Shown here: piece after piece, positions 9,828 through 18,178 of the stretch
Layout: every line of letters begins with the position of its first letter
Position numbering within the stretch: the stretch's first letter is position 1
Origin: a virus
DNA: 64,000 nt
IMG/VR virus record: IMGVR_UViG_3300045988_160259
Location: 64,001 to 128,000 of that record
Reading direction: 5' to 3' (one strand)
Translations under genes and position numbers: made by a program
Notes under the pieces: model-generated
The model's input: only the letters and a program-made list of their open reading frames with translations
Databases searched by the model: none
Told to the model about the DNA's origin: nothing

Positions 9828-9995
9828 ATGGACGAATATATTAAAGAAATTGAACAAATTGCAGCTAAATATACAGAAAGTCAGTCTGATGGATATTCAC
9901 AAATTATGAGAATTTGTGATGCAATGAAAGAAGAACAGAGATATTGTTTAGGGTATATTTCTAAAGAGGGAATTGAATCTCCGCAAATTGATTAA
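9828..9995 (+). CDS. hypothetical small protein (55 aa)
   Basis: Hand-translated MDEYIKEIEQIAAKYTESQSDGYSQIMRICDAMKEEQRYCLGYISKEGIESPQID; SD-rich aaggaaaggaaag upstream. Confidence 0.5.
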   Translation: MDEYIKEIEQIAAKYTESQSDGYSQIMRICDAMKEEQRYCLGYISKEGIESPQID

Positions 9996-10037
9996 CAATG
10001 AAACTAAGATTTCTTAGTATGATTGGAGGTAAATAAG

Positions 10038-10322
10038 ATGTTTAAAGTTGGCGATTTAGTATATGTATCTAATCCAGATACAGAATACGAAAAGGAATAT
10101 GGAGAGAGAACACATAGAAGCTTCTTTGGTACAGTAACAGATGTTACAGAATATACAGATGAAATTTGTGTAGAAGTGAAATTCCCTGCAACACCAAACG
10201 GATGTGCAATGGAATGGAGTTATGATGCAAATGAATTGTCACTTGCAAAGGAACTTAAAGATATGACTATTGAGGAGTTGAGCAATAAATTCAACCTTCA
10301 GATTTTTGCAGAGTATCTGTAA
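10038..10322 (+). CDS. hypothetical protein (94 aa)
   Basis: ORF 10023-10322 trimmed to ATG after SD ttggagg. Confidence 0.65.
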   Translation: MFKVGDLVYVSNPDTEYEKEYGERTHRSFFGTVTDVTEYTDEICVEVKFPATPNGCAMEWSYDANELSLAKELKDMTIEELSNKFNLQIFAEYL

Positions 10323-10356
10323 TGTTTAGCAACTAAACAAAATAATGCAACCGTAA

Positions 10357-10395
10357 AGGCAGTTAGGAGAATAAATACCTAGCTGCCTATTTTAT
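10357..10395 (+). terminator. stem-loop, AAGGCAG...CTGCCTT family
   Basis: 11-bp stem 10357-10367 / 10378-10388, loop agaataaata, followed by attttatt. Confidence 0.5.
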
Positions 10396-10416
10396 TACAG
10401 AGAAGGGAGAATAATT

Positions 10417-10614
10417 ATGAGAGACTTACGGCCAGGAGATAGAATTCATTGTCAGGGCATTATTTGTACAATTAAAGAGATTGCATGGCAGGAGCCGTGG
10501 GAATGGAGAGAGGCATATTACTTAGAGTTTCGTGATACAAACGGAGTTTATAGGTCGTGGAAACAGAATTACGATGGCGGATTTGCGGAGTTGATGGAGA
10601 TAGAAGCAGAATGA
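10417..10614 (+). CDS. hypothetical protein (65 aa)
   Basis: ORF; SD gggagaataatt upstream. Confidence 0.6.
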   Translation: MRDLRPGDRIHCQGIICTIKEIAWQEPWEWREAYYLEFRDTNGVYRSWKQNYDGGFAELMEIEAE

Positions 10615-10637
10615 TTGTGTGAGAGAAGGAAAATAAT

Positions 10638-10982
10638 ATGAGATATCTAACATTTTATTCAGAATATCCGATTTATGAACCAGCAGAAGGTGGTTATTAT
10701 TATGCTGGAAATGAGGTTACTAAGTCAAATCGAATGTCTAAGCGGAAATGTAGAGCTGAATTTGAAAAGATCTGGAAGGAATGCTTGAAAGAAAACAGAG
10801 AAAATGGATTTAAAGATGATCTATCAAATTATAAAGAGATCACGCAATTTTATATTTATCCATGGATTCGTTTAGGAGATACAGAAATTTGCAGAGAAGG
10901 ATATTTAATAGGTGAAGGTGAAAGTATTGTAATTGAACGGAAACTTGGAAGTCAAAGAAAAGGATGGGAGCTTTATTGTTAA
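10638..10982 (+). CDS. hypothetical protein (114 aa)
   Basis: ORF; SD gagaagga upstream. Confidence 0.7.
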   Translation: MRYLTFYSEYPIYEPAEGGYYYAGNEVTKSNRMSKRKCRAEFEKIWKECLKENRENGFKDDLSNYKEITQFYIYPWIRLGDTEICREGYLIGEGESIVIERKLGSQRKGWELYC

Positions 10983-11011
10983 AAAATAGCAATTTCAAAG
11001 GGATGTAATAC

Positions 11012-11215
11012 ATGAAAAAATATTATTCGATAGAAGAAGCAGTCAACAATGTTTCTGAAAAATTTAAGCTTGGCTTAAAAGATGCAAACGAAATGGATGA
11101 TAAGGAATTCGATAATGCGAGTGAATACATATTAAAATATGTGAGGTTCGTAAGCCATCCGGATTATATTCAGTTTGTACCGCAATCACTCGAGACTGGT
11201 GAATACATTTTATGA
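11012..11215 (+). CDS. hypothetical protein (67 aa)
   Basis: ORF; SD aaaggg upstream. Confidence 0.6.
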   Translation: MKKYYSIEEAVNNVSEKFKLGLKDANEMDDKEFDNASEYILKYVRFVSHPDYIQFVPQSLETGEYIL

Positions 11216-11247
11216 CGTAGAACGGAGAATAACATAACGAGATAGAT

Positions 11248-11276
11248 AAAAGCAGAGAACGCCATCTCTGCTTTTT
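11248..11276 (+). terminator. intrinsic terminator
   Basis: aaaagcagaga / tctctgctttt stem, loop acgcca, T-run. Confidence 0.75.
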
Positions 11277-11306
11277 CTATAAATACATACAAGGAGGTGT
11301 GTAGCT

Positions 11307-11399
11307 ATGCCGTACATGAAATACGGAAACTGGTATATCCCAGGATGCAGCATTGCTTTTCCAACTGAACAAGAAGCCTGGGAATATATCAATGAATAA
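11307..11399 (+). CDS. possible micro-protein (30 aa)
   Basis: Strong SD aaggaggtg 8 nt upstream of ATG; MPYMKYGNWYIPGCSIAFPTEQEAWEYINE. Confidence 0.35.
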   Translation: MPYMKYGNWYIPGCSIAFPTEQEAWEYINE

Positions 11400-11477
11400 C
11401 AAATGGGGCAATGGAAATTCCATGTAAGTCCCCAACTCCTTGAGTAATTATTATAACAGAAAGTGAGAGCGATGTAA

Positions 11478-11717
11478 ATGAATAAAACAGAATGTGAAAA
11501 TTGTAAAAGAGTTATGGAAGAAGGAATTCGAAATGCAAATCAGGCGATGAAAGAATTTACAGAAGCAAATGAAACCGATAGCAGAGTGCATTTTGAAATT
11601 TTACGGATGAAAGCTGAAAATCACAGAGGATATGCAGAAGGTATTCTTCAGGCACTTGTATGTATTGGTTTTAAGCATGATCGGATGAGAGAATTAGAAG
11701 ATTTGCTCGGAATTTAG
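11478..11717 (+). CDS. hypothetical protein (79 aa)
   Basis: ORF; weak SD gtgagag. Confidence 0.6.
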   Translation: MNKTECENCKRVMEEGIRNANQAMKEFTEANETDSRVHFEILRMKAENHRGYAEGILQALVCIGFKHDRMRELEDLLGI

Positions 11718-11728
11718 GAGGAACGGAA

Positions 11729-11881
11729 ATGGAACATTGGGAAAATGACCATGAAGACAAAATCTTATCATATCAGGAAAGTAAAACAGATGAATGTGAC
11801 AGCTGTGAGTATAAGCAGAATTGTAGAAGTCAATGTATGGAAATTGCTGCAACATACAATTCTAATTTAAAAGCGAGGTAA
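11729..11881 (+). CDS. hypothetical Cys-rich small protein (50 aa)
   Basis: SD taggagg upstream; MEHWENDHEDKILSYQESKTDECDSCEYKQNCRSQCMEIAATYNSNLKAR. Confidence 0.5.
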   Translation: MEHWENDHEDKILSYQESKTDECDSCEYKQNCRSQCMEIAATYNSNLKAR

Positions 11882-11930
11882 CTGAACGTGGCAAGATTTG
11901 ATATGGTAGAACCCATAAATTAATATTAGA

Positions 11931-11946
11931 TGAAACAAGATTTTCA
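11931..11946 (+). repeat. junction hairpin TGAAA-N6-TTTCA
   Basis: aTGAAAcaagatTTTCAt upstream of ATG 11972. Confidence 0.7.
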
Positions 11947-11971
11947 TTTGAAGATCGGAGGGAAAAACATT

Positions 11972-12289
11972 ATGAGGAAATATGAAGTTATTGAGGATAA
12001 TGGCGGTGGATTAACTTTAGTTGTTTTTAATAAAAATGGTAAAGTCGATTATTTACATAGCGGATATGAATATGGGAAACATGGAAGGTTAATATGTGAT
12101 TTAGAAGCATTAAAAAATGGAGATAATCCAGTTACGGATTGGGATGGTAATGAAGATAATCCACAAGCAGTATATGATAACATAGTATCTTTTGAATATG
12201 GATGGGAAATTGTGGCTGACAATGATGGCATGTACCCTGATAAAATGGGATGTGCTGCTTGTTTTGAATTTGGAATAAAAAAGGAATAG
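11972..12289 (+). CDS. hypothetical protein (105 aa)
   Basis: ORF 11930-12289 trimmed to ATG after SD cggaggg. Confidence 0.65.
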   Translation: MRKYEVIEDNGGGLTLVVFNKNGKVDYLHSGYEYGKHGRLICDLEALKNGDNPVTDWDGNEDNPQAVYDNIVSFEYGWEIVADNDGMYPDKMGCAACFEFGIKKE

Positions 12290-12291
12290 AG

Positions 12292-13149
12292 GTGTTGTAT
12301 GTGGAGAATAAAAAACAAGTAGCAATATACATACGTGTAAGCACACTCGATCAAGCCCGTGAAGGATATTCTTTAGATGCACAAGAAAAAACGCTTAGGA
12401 AATGGTGTGAGGAACGGAAATATAATATTTATGATTTGTATGCAGACAAAGGAATTTCAGGGAAGGATATTGAACATAGACCAGATATAAATAGATTATT
12501 ATATGATGCAAAAAATGGGAAATTTGATTTAGTTTTATTTTGGGCACTTAGTAGATTTACAAGAAGTGTATCGGATTTATATTCGACAATGGAAAAATTC
12601 CAACAATGGAATATATCTATGGTTTCATATACTGAAGCTTTTGATACATCTACTCCAATGGGTAGAGCAATGATTGGCATTGTTGGTGTATTCGCACAGC
12701 TAGAAAGAGAATTAACAAGTGAAAGAGTTAGTGCAGCTATGGCAGAGAGAGCTGCACAAGGAAAACGCACTTGTTCTGAAATATTGGGATATGATTTGGA
12801 TGGAAAGGATTCATTTAAAATCAATAAAAAAGAAGCAGAATATGTACGTTTTTGTTTTTCTGAGTATTTGTTAAGAAAAAATTTATCAGAAGTTGCGAAA
12901 GAAGCAAAAGAAAGAGGATTTAAAGGTAAGAGAGGCAAAATCCCAACAGCTTATAGTGTTCAAAAAATTCTTACACGAACACAATATTGTGGGTACAATA
13001 TTTTTTGTGGAGAAACTTATAAGGGAAATTTTGAGCCAATTATAGATGTTGAAACATATAATAAAACTTTATCGTTACTTAAACGACAAGGGAAAAATAT
13101 TGGTAGGAGAAGAATAAAACCATTAATAAAAATTGAGACAATGAAATGA
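12292..13149 (+). CDS. serine recombinase (resolvase/invertase catalytic domain plus recombinase domain; short form)
   Basis: VAIYIRVSTLDQ...YSLDAQ...ADKGISGKD..RP....L.......DLVLFWALSRFTRS...GVFAQLERELTSERV are the catalytic motifs. Only 285 aa, so the zinc-ribbon/coiled-coil part of large serine recombinases is absent. GTG/TTG start. Confidence 0.85.
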   Translation: MLYVENKKQVAIYIRVSTLDQAREGYSLDAQEKTLRKWCEERKYNIYDLYADKGISGKDIEHRPDINRLLYDAKNGKFDLVLFWALSRFTRSVSDLYSTMEKFQQWNISMVSYTEAFDTSTPMGRAMIGIVGVFAQLERELTSERVSAAMAERAAQGKRTCSEILGYDLDGKDSFKINKKEAEYVRFCFSEYLLRKNLSEVAKEAKERGFKGKRGKIPTAYSVQKILTRTQYCGYNIFCGETYKGNFEPIIDVETYNKTLSLLKRQGKNIGRRRIKPLIKIETMK

Positions 13150-13180
13150 GGATTTACTGTAAAAATTGGAGGAAACTATT

Positions 13181-13486
13181 ATGAAATATGAATGGAAATA
13201 TGGAGAAAATGACAATCAAAAATACTATGATGTAACAGTTGGAAAAGATTATCTTTGCGTATTTGCAAATAAATGGAATCCTAATACTTGGCTTGGTTCA
13301 TACAATAGTATTTGCATCCATAACAAGACGAAAAATGATAGAGTAAGGAAAAAACGAGGTCTTGCAAAAGGTTGTCATCCATCAGAATTAAGAGAAGATT
13401 TTATGTTGTGTAGTGCAAATCCAGAATACATGATGAAAAAGGTTGAATATTGCTATGCACATAATCTTATGGAAGTAAGTCAATAA
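13181..13486 (+). CDS. hypothetical protein (101 aa)
   Basis: ORF 13166-13486 trimmed to ATG after SD ttggagg. Confidence 0.65.
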   Translation: MKYEWKYGENDNQKYYDVTVGKDYLCVFANKWNPNTWLGSYNSICIHNKTKNDRVRKKRGLAKGCHPSELREDFMLCSANPEYMMKKVEYCYAHNLMEVSQ

Positions 13487-13506
13487 AAAGAATTGGAGAA
13501 ATTTAT

Positions 13507-13671
13507 ATGACATTTAATAATGCAAAAGGATTACATAACGAAGATGAAGTGACTATTAAAGAAACAGGTGAAGTTGTAACTGTATTACAAACTTACCAAT
13601 CGGAGAATGGAAAATATATTATTTTAGAATGTGACGATGGTAATAACTATTATAATGAAAAAGTAAAATGA
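13507..13671 (+). CDS. hypothetical small protein (54 aa)
   Basis: SD ttggaga upstream; MTFNNAKGLHNEDEVTIKETGEVVTVLQTYQSENGKYIILECDDGNNYYNEKVK; TGA stop lies in a junction hairpin. Confidence 0.5.
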   Translation: MTFNNAKGLHNEDEVTIKETGEVVTVLQTYQSENGKYIILECDDGNNYYNEKVK

Positions 13672-13684
13672 AACGATGATTTCA
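13669..13684 (+). repeat. junction hairpin TGAAA-N6-TTTCA
   Basis: TGAAAcgatgaTTTCA; TGA is the stop of 13507-13671. Confidence 0.7.
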
Positions 13685-13698
13685 GAAACGGAGTAAAA

Positions 13699-14172
13699 AT
13701 GAAGACAGTAAAAGAAATAGACAAACAGATTCAAAAGGAACATGATTATATTGTTCAGTTATATGCTCAAATTAACTCTTATGAACAGAGTGTGGAACAT
13801 TTAAAAGCAGAACGGCAAGATGCTGAAAAGAAAGAGAATGAAATGTTTATTGATAATTGGCTTAATGAACATTTTGGAATCCAGAACCAGAAAGAAGCAA
13901 GACAGAAATCAATCTTTATTGTTTTTGATAAAAATGCTAATTTTGTAAAAACTGTAACAACTGGATATGGCGAAGACTTTCGTTACGTTAGTCCTGTAGA
14001 AGATGAAGATACAATGGAATACTGGTTGAGAAAAAACAAATTGTACGCTCATAGAGCTTCGTCATTCTGCGATAGAAACAGAAATTGGTACGATTTGTCT
14101 TTTAAAGATCAGCTTGAAAATTTATGTTGGGAATTTGATAAGAATGGAAAATTAAAAAAGACACAATGGTAA
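13699..14172 (+). CDS. hypothetical protein (157 aa)
   Basis: ORF; SD acggag upstream. Confidence 0.7.
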   Translation: MKTVKEIDKQIQKEHDYIVQLYAQINSYEQSVEHLKAERQDAEKKENEMFIDNWLNEHFGIQNQKEARQKSIFIVFDKNANFVKTVTTGYGEDFRYVSPVEDEDTMEYWLRKNKLYAHRASSFCDRNRNWYDLSFKDQLENLCWEFDKNGKLKKTQW

Positions 14173-14209
14173 ACAATGAATCGGATATTTAGAAAGGTGT
14201 GAGATTGAT

Positions 14210-14485
14210 ATGATTAAATTGAACTCAGAGATTTTAGAAGTGTTATGTATGGTTTACCATTATAAACACTATAGAAGTGCAATGGCAAGATTATACCCTG
14301 AACAGAAGATAAACTGGTATGAAGATACAAGAAAATTTTATTTTGGATTAGATTTACCAGAAGGATTCAATAAAAATGAAATGGATTTTGATAGAGTGAT
14401 GCAATTTATTCCAGATTTTAAACCATATAAAGAGTGGATGGAAACAAACGAGGATGAGTTAGATAAATTCGTTTGGAAATGTTGA
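14210..14485 (+). CDS. hypothetical protein (91 aa)
   Basis: ORF; SD aaaggtgtgag upstream. Confidence 0.65.
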   Translation: MIKLNSEILEVLCMVYHYKHYRSAMARLYPEQKINWYEDTRKFYFGLDLPEGFNKNEMDFDRVMQFIPDFKPYKEWMETNEDELDKFVWKC

Positions 14486-14488
14486 TAA

Positions 14489-14504
14489 TGAAACGTAGAT
14501 TTCA
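14489..14504 (+). repeat. junction hairpin TGAAA-N6-TTTCA
   Basis: TGAAAcgtagaTTTCA, 3 nt after stop 14483-14485. Confidence 0.7.
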
Positions 14505-14522
14505 AAATTAGGAGCGATAGAA

Positions 14523-15065
14523 GTGCAATACATAGAAACTGAAAATATGCTCAATGAGATAGATTGGGACGATGGAAGAAAATTCAAATGTCATTCATAT
14601 TGGAATGATGATACTTCTTTTGCATTGGATATTGGTGATGGAGAGCTGATTGACAAAGAAGGTAATTCATATTTTATTCACTGTGAATACAATTGTGATA
14701 ATGGAATGTGGCATTACATTTTTGAAATATGGTTTGAAAATGATAGTTGTAGTATTTATGACATTCCGAAGACTAACAGAAGTAAATATCTTTCGGAAAC
14801 AGAACTTGAAGAGCTGCGAGGAATTATTTATAACTTATGCAAGGATAAAATAAACACGGAGGAAAACTACATGGATATTGAAGAAATGATGATGGATTTT
14901 ATATTACATGATGCAAACGATGAACAGATTGAACAGTTTTTCGGATATGCAGAACATGGGTTTAGCAAAGATGACATTGAAGATAATTTAAGTCAGATGC
15001 CAGATGATGTATTTGACGAACTTGTAAAAGAATTTGGACTTCCTACTGATGGAGTTAAATTATAA
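14523..15065 (+). CDS. hypothetical acidic protein (180 aa)
   Basis: GTG start after SD taggag. Confidence 0.7.
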   Translation: MQYIETENMLNEIDWDDGRKFKCHSYWNDDTSFALDIGDGELIDKEGNSYFIHCEYNCDNGMWHYIFEIWFENDSCSIYDIPKTNRSKYLSETELEELRGIIYNLCKDKINTEENYMDIEEMMMDFILHDANDEQIEQFFGYAEHGFSKDDIEDNLSQMPDDVFDELVKEFGLPTDGVKL

Positions 15066-15101
15066 ATAGAATAATTATTAATTACATGGGAGTGAATCTA
15101 T

Positions 15102-15407
15102 ATGACAAGAGAAAAAGCAACTAAAATTGTAACAGAATTTTTAAAAGACATGAATCCTGATATGTGGAATGGCAACGGAAATAAGCCAGAATCGTTTGAT
15201 GAACATGGTTGGCAGTATTCATTAACAAACGAAGTGAATCTTGAAATTACATTTGTTAATAACGAAGAAGATGGATGGTGTCATTATTGTGATTTAGTAT
15301 ATGTATCTGACAATTCTTCGTTTGATATGTTAAGTGGGTATGGAATTGATTCCGTACAGAATATTATTAATACAGTGCTGGATTTATGTAGAGATTATGA
15401 GTTGTAA
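15102..15407 (+). CDS. hypothetical protein (101 aa)
   Basis: ORF; SD gggag upstream. Confidence 0.65.
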   Translation: MTREKATKIVTEFLKDMNPDMWNGNGNKPESFDEHGWQYSLTNEVNLEITFVNNEEDGWCHYCDLVYVSDNSSFDMLSGYGIDSVQNIINTVLDLCRDYEL

Positions 15408-15435
15408 TGAAACGGAAAGCACCATGAGGAATAAT

Positions 15436-15657
15436 ATGTCAGAAAAGTTGGTAGAACATACATATGGAACTCATATTTACATGAAAATGAGATTAGACAA
15501 TAAAAGAATCGAAGAAATAGATGTGTACTTACGAAGTGATGGAGAGCATTATGTTACAAGTGCAGATCACGGAATGGAATTGTGCAGTGGAGAAAGTTTT
15601 AAACAGAAACAAAAGCTGCGACAGGAAATTATAGATGCTTTTAATGAATTGTATTAG
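15436..15657 (+). CDS. hypothetical protein (73 aa)
   Basis: ORF 15334-15657 trimmed to ATG after SD gaggaataat. Confidence 0.6.
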   Translation: MSEKLVEHTYGTHIYMKMRLDNKRIEEIDVYLRSDGEHYVTSADHGMELCSGESFKQKQKLRQEIIDAFNELY

Positions 15658-15675
15658 ATGGTGGAGGAAAGCAAT

Positions 15676-15855
15676 ATGAAAATAAAAGATTTATTAGAAG
15701 TACTAAATACTGATAGCGTTGTTCTTGCAAGAGAAAATGATATTCTTGTTGATTGTGAAACACCATATATAAATCAGGCACTTAGAGAATATATGGATGA
15801 AGAAATCGAGAGAATAACACCATTAAACAATGCAATAGAAATTATATTGAAATGA
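15676..15855 (+). CDS. hypothetical protein (59 aa)
   Basis: ORF 15658-15855 trimmed to ATG after SD ggtggagg. Confidence 0.55.
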   Translation: MKIKDLLEVLNTDSVVLARENDILVDCETPYINQALREYMDEEIERITPLNNAIEIILK

Positions 15856-15881
15856 CAGTTTAAAAAGGAGAGTAGATAAGA

Positions 15882-16208
15882 ATGGTAGCAATTAATGCAA
15901 TTACAAGAGAAAGTATGGATATGATTGTGGATGAGATTATGAACGTGATGGATTCTGATTATTTGAGTGAAGAATCGAAAGGTGCTGAGATAGAAAGAGT
16001 ATTGGTTAATAATGGATTAGCAATGGTGATTGAAGAAAATGATAATGAATGGATATCTAAAAATGATGAATTACCAAATGCATATGAAGAAGTAAAAGTT
16101 CTTTTAGATGATGGAAATATTACCAAAGATATGATTGTAAGAGGAAAATATGGAAATTTGGAATGGAGAGATCATGCCGATAGATTTGTTAAAGCATGGA
16201 GAAAATAA
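15882..16208 (+). CDS. hypothetical protein (108 aa)
   Basis: ORF; SD aaaggagag upstream. Confidence 0.65.
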   Translation: MVAINAITRESMDMIVDEIMNVMDSDYLSEESKGAEIERVLVNNGLAMVIEENDNEWISKNDELPNAYEEVKVLLDDGNITKDMIVRGKYGNLEWRDHADRFVKAWRK

Positions 16209-16215
16209 AATAGGG

Positions 16216-16398
16216 ATGAAACGGAAAGTATCAGGAGGAAAACATTTGAATAAGGAAGAAAGTTTGGCTTTTTTACAAAATTGTATAGAGAAAGTAAAAA
16301 GAGCAACAGCACAGGATATTCAATTCTATAAAGAAGTTTATGACAGAGAATATGCTTATAAAGAGAAATGTTTTGAGAACAAAGGAGATAAAAAATGA
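16216..16398 (+). CDS. hypothetical protein (60 aa; start uncertain, alternatives 16150 and 16174)
   Basis: ORF 16150-16398; first ATG that does not overlap the previous gene. Confidence 0.5.
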   Translation: MKRKVSGGKHLNKEESLAFLQNCIEKVKRATAQDIQFYKEVYDREYAYKEKCFENKGDKK

Positions 16399-16547
16399 GA
16401 GGAATTACATGTGCATTAATTAGTTTGACATGTTGGTACATGGGAAGTCATATGTCAAGAGTTAACTTGACAATTAAAGTAGCTTTAGCTCTTACATCAT
16501 TTGGTATGTTGCTGTGTGCGATTGTATTTATGGCGTTTGGAATATAA
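16395..16547 (+). CDS. hypothetical small membrane protein (50 aa)
   Basis: ATGA overlap with previous stop; SD aaaggag upstream; hydrophobic MRGITCALISLTCWY...ALALTSFGMLLCAIVFMAFGI. Confidence 0.5.
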   Translation: MRGITCALISLTCWYMGSHMSRVNLTIKVALALTSFGMLLCAIVFMAFGI

Positions 16548-16565
16548 TTGAAACGGAAATTTCAA
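16548..16565 (+). repeat. junction hairpin TTGAAA-N6-TTTCAA
   Basis: TTGAAAcggaaaTTTCAA immediately after stop 16545-16547. Confidence 0.7.
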
Positions 16566-16642
16566 TAGAAGAAAGAGAGAATAAATATTTAACTGAACGT
16601 TTTTCTTTATTGATTGTGGACATGAATTGGAGGTTGACTACT

Positions 16643-16849
16643 ATGAATGAACTTGGTAAATTATTAGTAGAAGTCGATAAAATTGAAGACGATGATAAGT
16701 GGTTAGAAGCAGAGCATGATACAGTCCAACAATATTGTGAAGATAAAAATTATGAAATGACAGAAGACGAAATGGAAACCATTCGATCGAGAGGATTGGA
16801 AGAGTCTTTTGAAAGTTGGATAGAATTTAAAGAAATGATGGAGGAATGA
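16643..16849 (+). CDS. hypothetical acidic protein (68 aa)
   Basis: ORF 16514-16849 trimmed to ATG after SD ttggagg. Confidence 0.6.
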   Translation: MNELGKLLVEVDKIEDDDKWLEAEHDTVQQYCEDKNYEMTEDEMETIRSRGLEESFESWIEFKEMMEE

Positions 16850-17019
16850 TTATAAAGAAGTACAGTGTGACATTTACAACATATAAAGAATATGAAGTAG
16901 AGGCAGAAAATGAAACTGAAGCACTTAGAATAGCGGAAGAAAAATTGGAATCTGATAGATGTATTCCAATAGCAGATACTCATTATGATGAAAGTGATGT
17001 TGAAGAAATTGAGGAGTAA
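16846..17019 (+). CDS. hypothetical small protein (57 aa)
   Basis: ATGA overlap; SD ggagga upstream; MIIKKYSVTFTTYKEYEVEAENETEALRIAEEKLESDRCIPIADTHYDESDVEEIEE. Confidence 0.5.
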   Translation: MIIKKYSVTFTTYKEYEVEAENETEALRIAEEKLESDRCIPIADTHYDESDVEEIEE

Positions 17020-17022
17020 AAT

Positions 17023-17184
17023 ATGGAAGAATATATCTTAGATGAATGCAGAAAACATATTCTAAAATTTCATAATATGTCTGATACAGAGATTTATAAT
17101 TGGATGTGTGATAATTATAAAGGATGTAGAGATTATGAAATGATACGAAGATGCAGTTTCGTAATATTTAACGAAAGCAGGTGA
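17023..17184 (+). CDS. hypothetical small protein (53 aa)
   Basis: SD gaggag upstream; MEEYILDECRKHILKFHNMSDTEIYNWMCDNYKGCRDYEMIRRCSFVIFNESR. Confidence 0.5.
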   Translation: MEEYILDECRKHILKFHNMSDTEIYNWMCDNYKGCRDYEMIRRCSFVIFNESR

Positions 17185-17206
17185 CGAAAAAGTTATCTGC
17201 TTTTTT
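17174..17206 (+). terminator. intrinsic terminator
   Basis: aaagcaggtgac / gttatctgcttt stem (two G-U), loop gaaaaa, T6 run; contains the preceding stop codon. Confidence 0.65.
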
Positions 17207-17275
17207 CGTATAGAAACGGAGAATAATAAGATAGAGTTTGACAAACTAATAAATTAAAAGATTGGAGGAATTGAA

Positions 17276-17461
17276 ATGTTTACAGAAGAATATTTTTCAA
17301 AATGGTTTGATATTATTCCAGAGCATGATGCAAGAACATTATGGAATGACGGAGATAGAAGTTTTCTCGTATTGAATATAGAAGATGGGATAGATAGATA
17401 TGCGGATTGCTTTGAAAGTTTTGAAGAAATAAAGAGAAGTTTTCCTGATGCTTTATTTTGA
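17276..17461 (+). CDS. hypothetical protein (61 aa)
   Basis: ORF; SD ttggagga upstream. Confidence 0.6.
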   Translation: MFTEEYFSKWFDIIPEHDARTLWNDGDRSFLVLNIEDGIDRYADCFESFEEIKRSFPDALF

Positions 17462-17481
17462 CTGGATAAAGCAAAATAGTA

Positions 17482-17985
17482 ATGGAGATTTCATATTTAG
17501 AATCGGAGACTGATTTTATGATTAAATTTATAGAAAAAGAAAGATATTATGATGATAGTCCATATACAGGAAGTTGCTATTATTACCCTACATATATGGT
17601 AAAAGATGGAGAAGAATTCTTTGTATTCAATCGAAGAGAACCTGACGATGAATGGAAGATAAAAGAGGACAAGGCAAGAAAGAATCAGTTGATAGAAAAC
17701 GAAGGGAAATATTTTAAATTTAACGGATTTTATAATAATCCACTAGAAATGTTGAAGGAGATTATTGAAAGAAAACATCATTTTACAACGCCAAAGGACA
17801 TGTACTATGGTAATTTAGATATACATAGATATATAGATTTCCATGGTAATAGAAATGAAGTTAGTGCAGCTTTCCATTATAGAATTTATGATATAGAGTT
17901 AGCATGTACAATTCAAAAAGTTGTCAAGCTAATCAATAGTGAAGATTGGAACATGGCAAAAGCAATATTGAATAAAAGACAATGA
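17482..17985 (+). CDS. hypothetical protein (167 aa)
   Basis: ORF; no clear SD. Confidence 0.65.
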   Translation: MEISYLESETDFMIKFIEKERYYDDSPYTGSCYYYPTYMVKDGEEFFVFNRREPDDEWKIKEDKARKNQLIENEGKYFKFNGFYNNPLEMLKEIIERKHHFTTPKDMYYGNLDIHRYIDFHGNRNEVSAAFHYRIYDIELACTIQKVVKLINSEDWNMAKAILNKRQ

Positions 17986-18013
17986 AAAGCACATTTTATT
18001 AGGAGGTAGAGTT

Positions 18014-18178
18014 ATGAATGAATTATATATAAGCGACAGTAGTATTTATTTTAAAACAAGCGAAAACACATATGATGAAGCAATGGATGAATTTCTAAGT
18101 AAATGCGCTTCTGCTGGAATTGATATTTACATTGAAAACGCAGTACTTAGAGATTCTGACGGAAACGATGGTGAATAA
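18014..18178 (+). CDS. hypothetical small protein (54 aa)
   Basis: SD taggaggt upstream; MNELYISDSSIYFKTSENTYDEAMDEFLSKCASAGIDIYIENAVLRDSDGNDGE. Confidence 0.5.
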   Translation: MNELYISDSSIYFKTSENTYDEAMDEFLSKCASAGIDIYIENAVLRDSDGNDGE

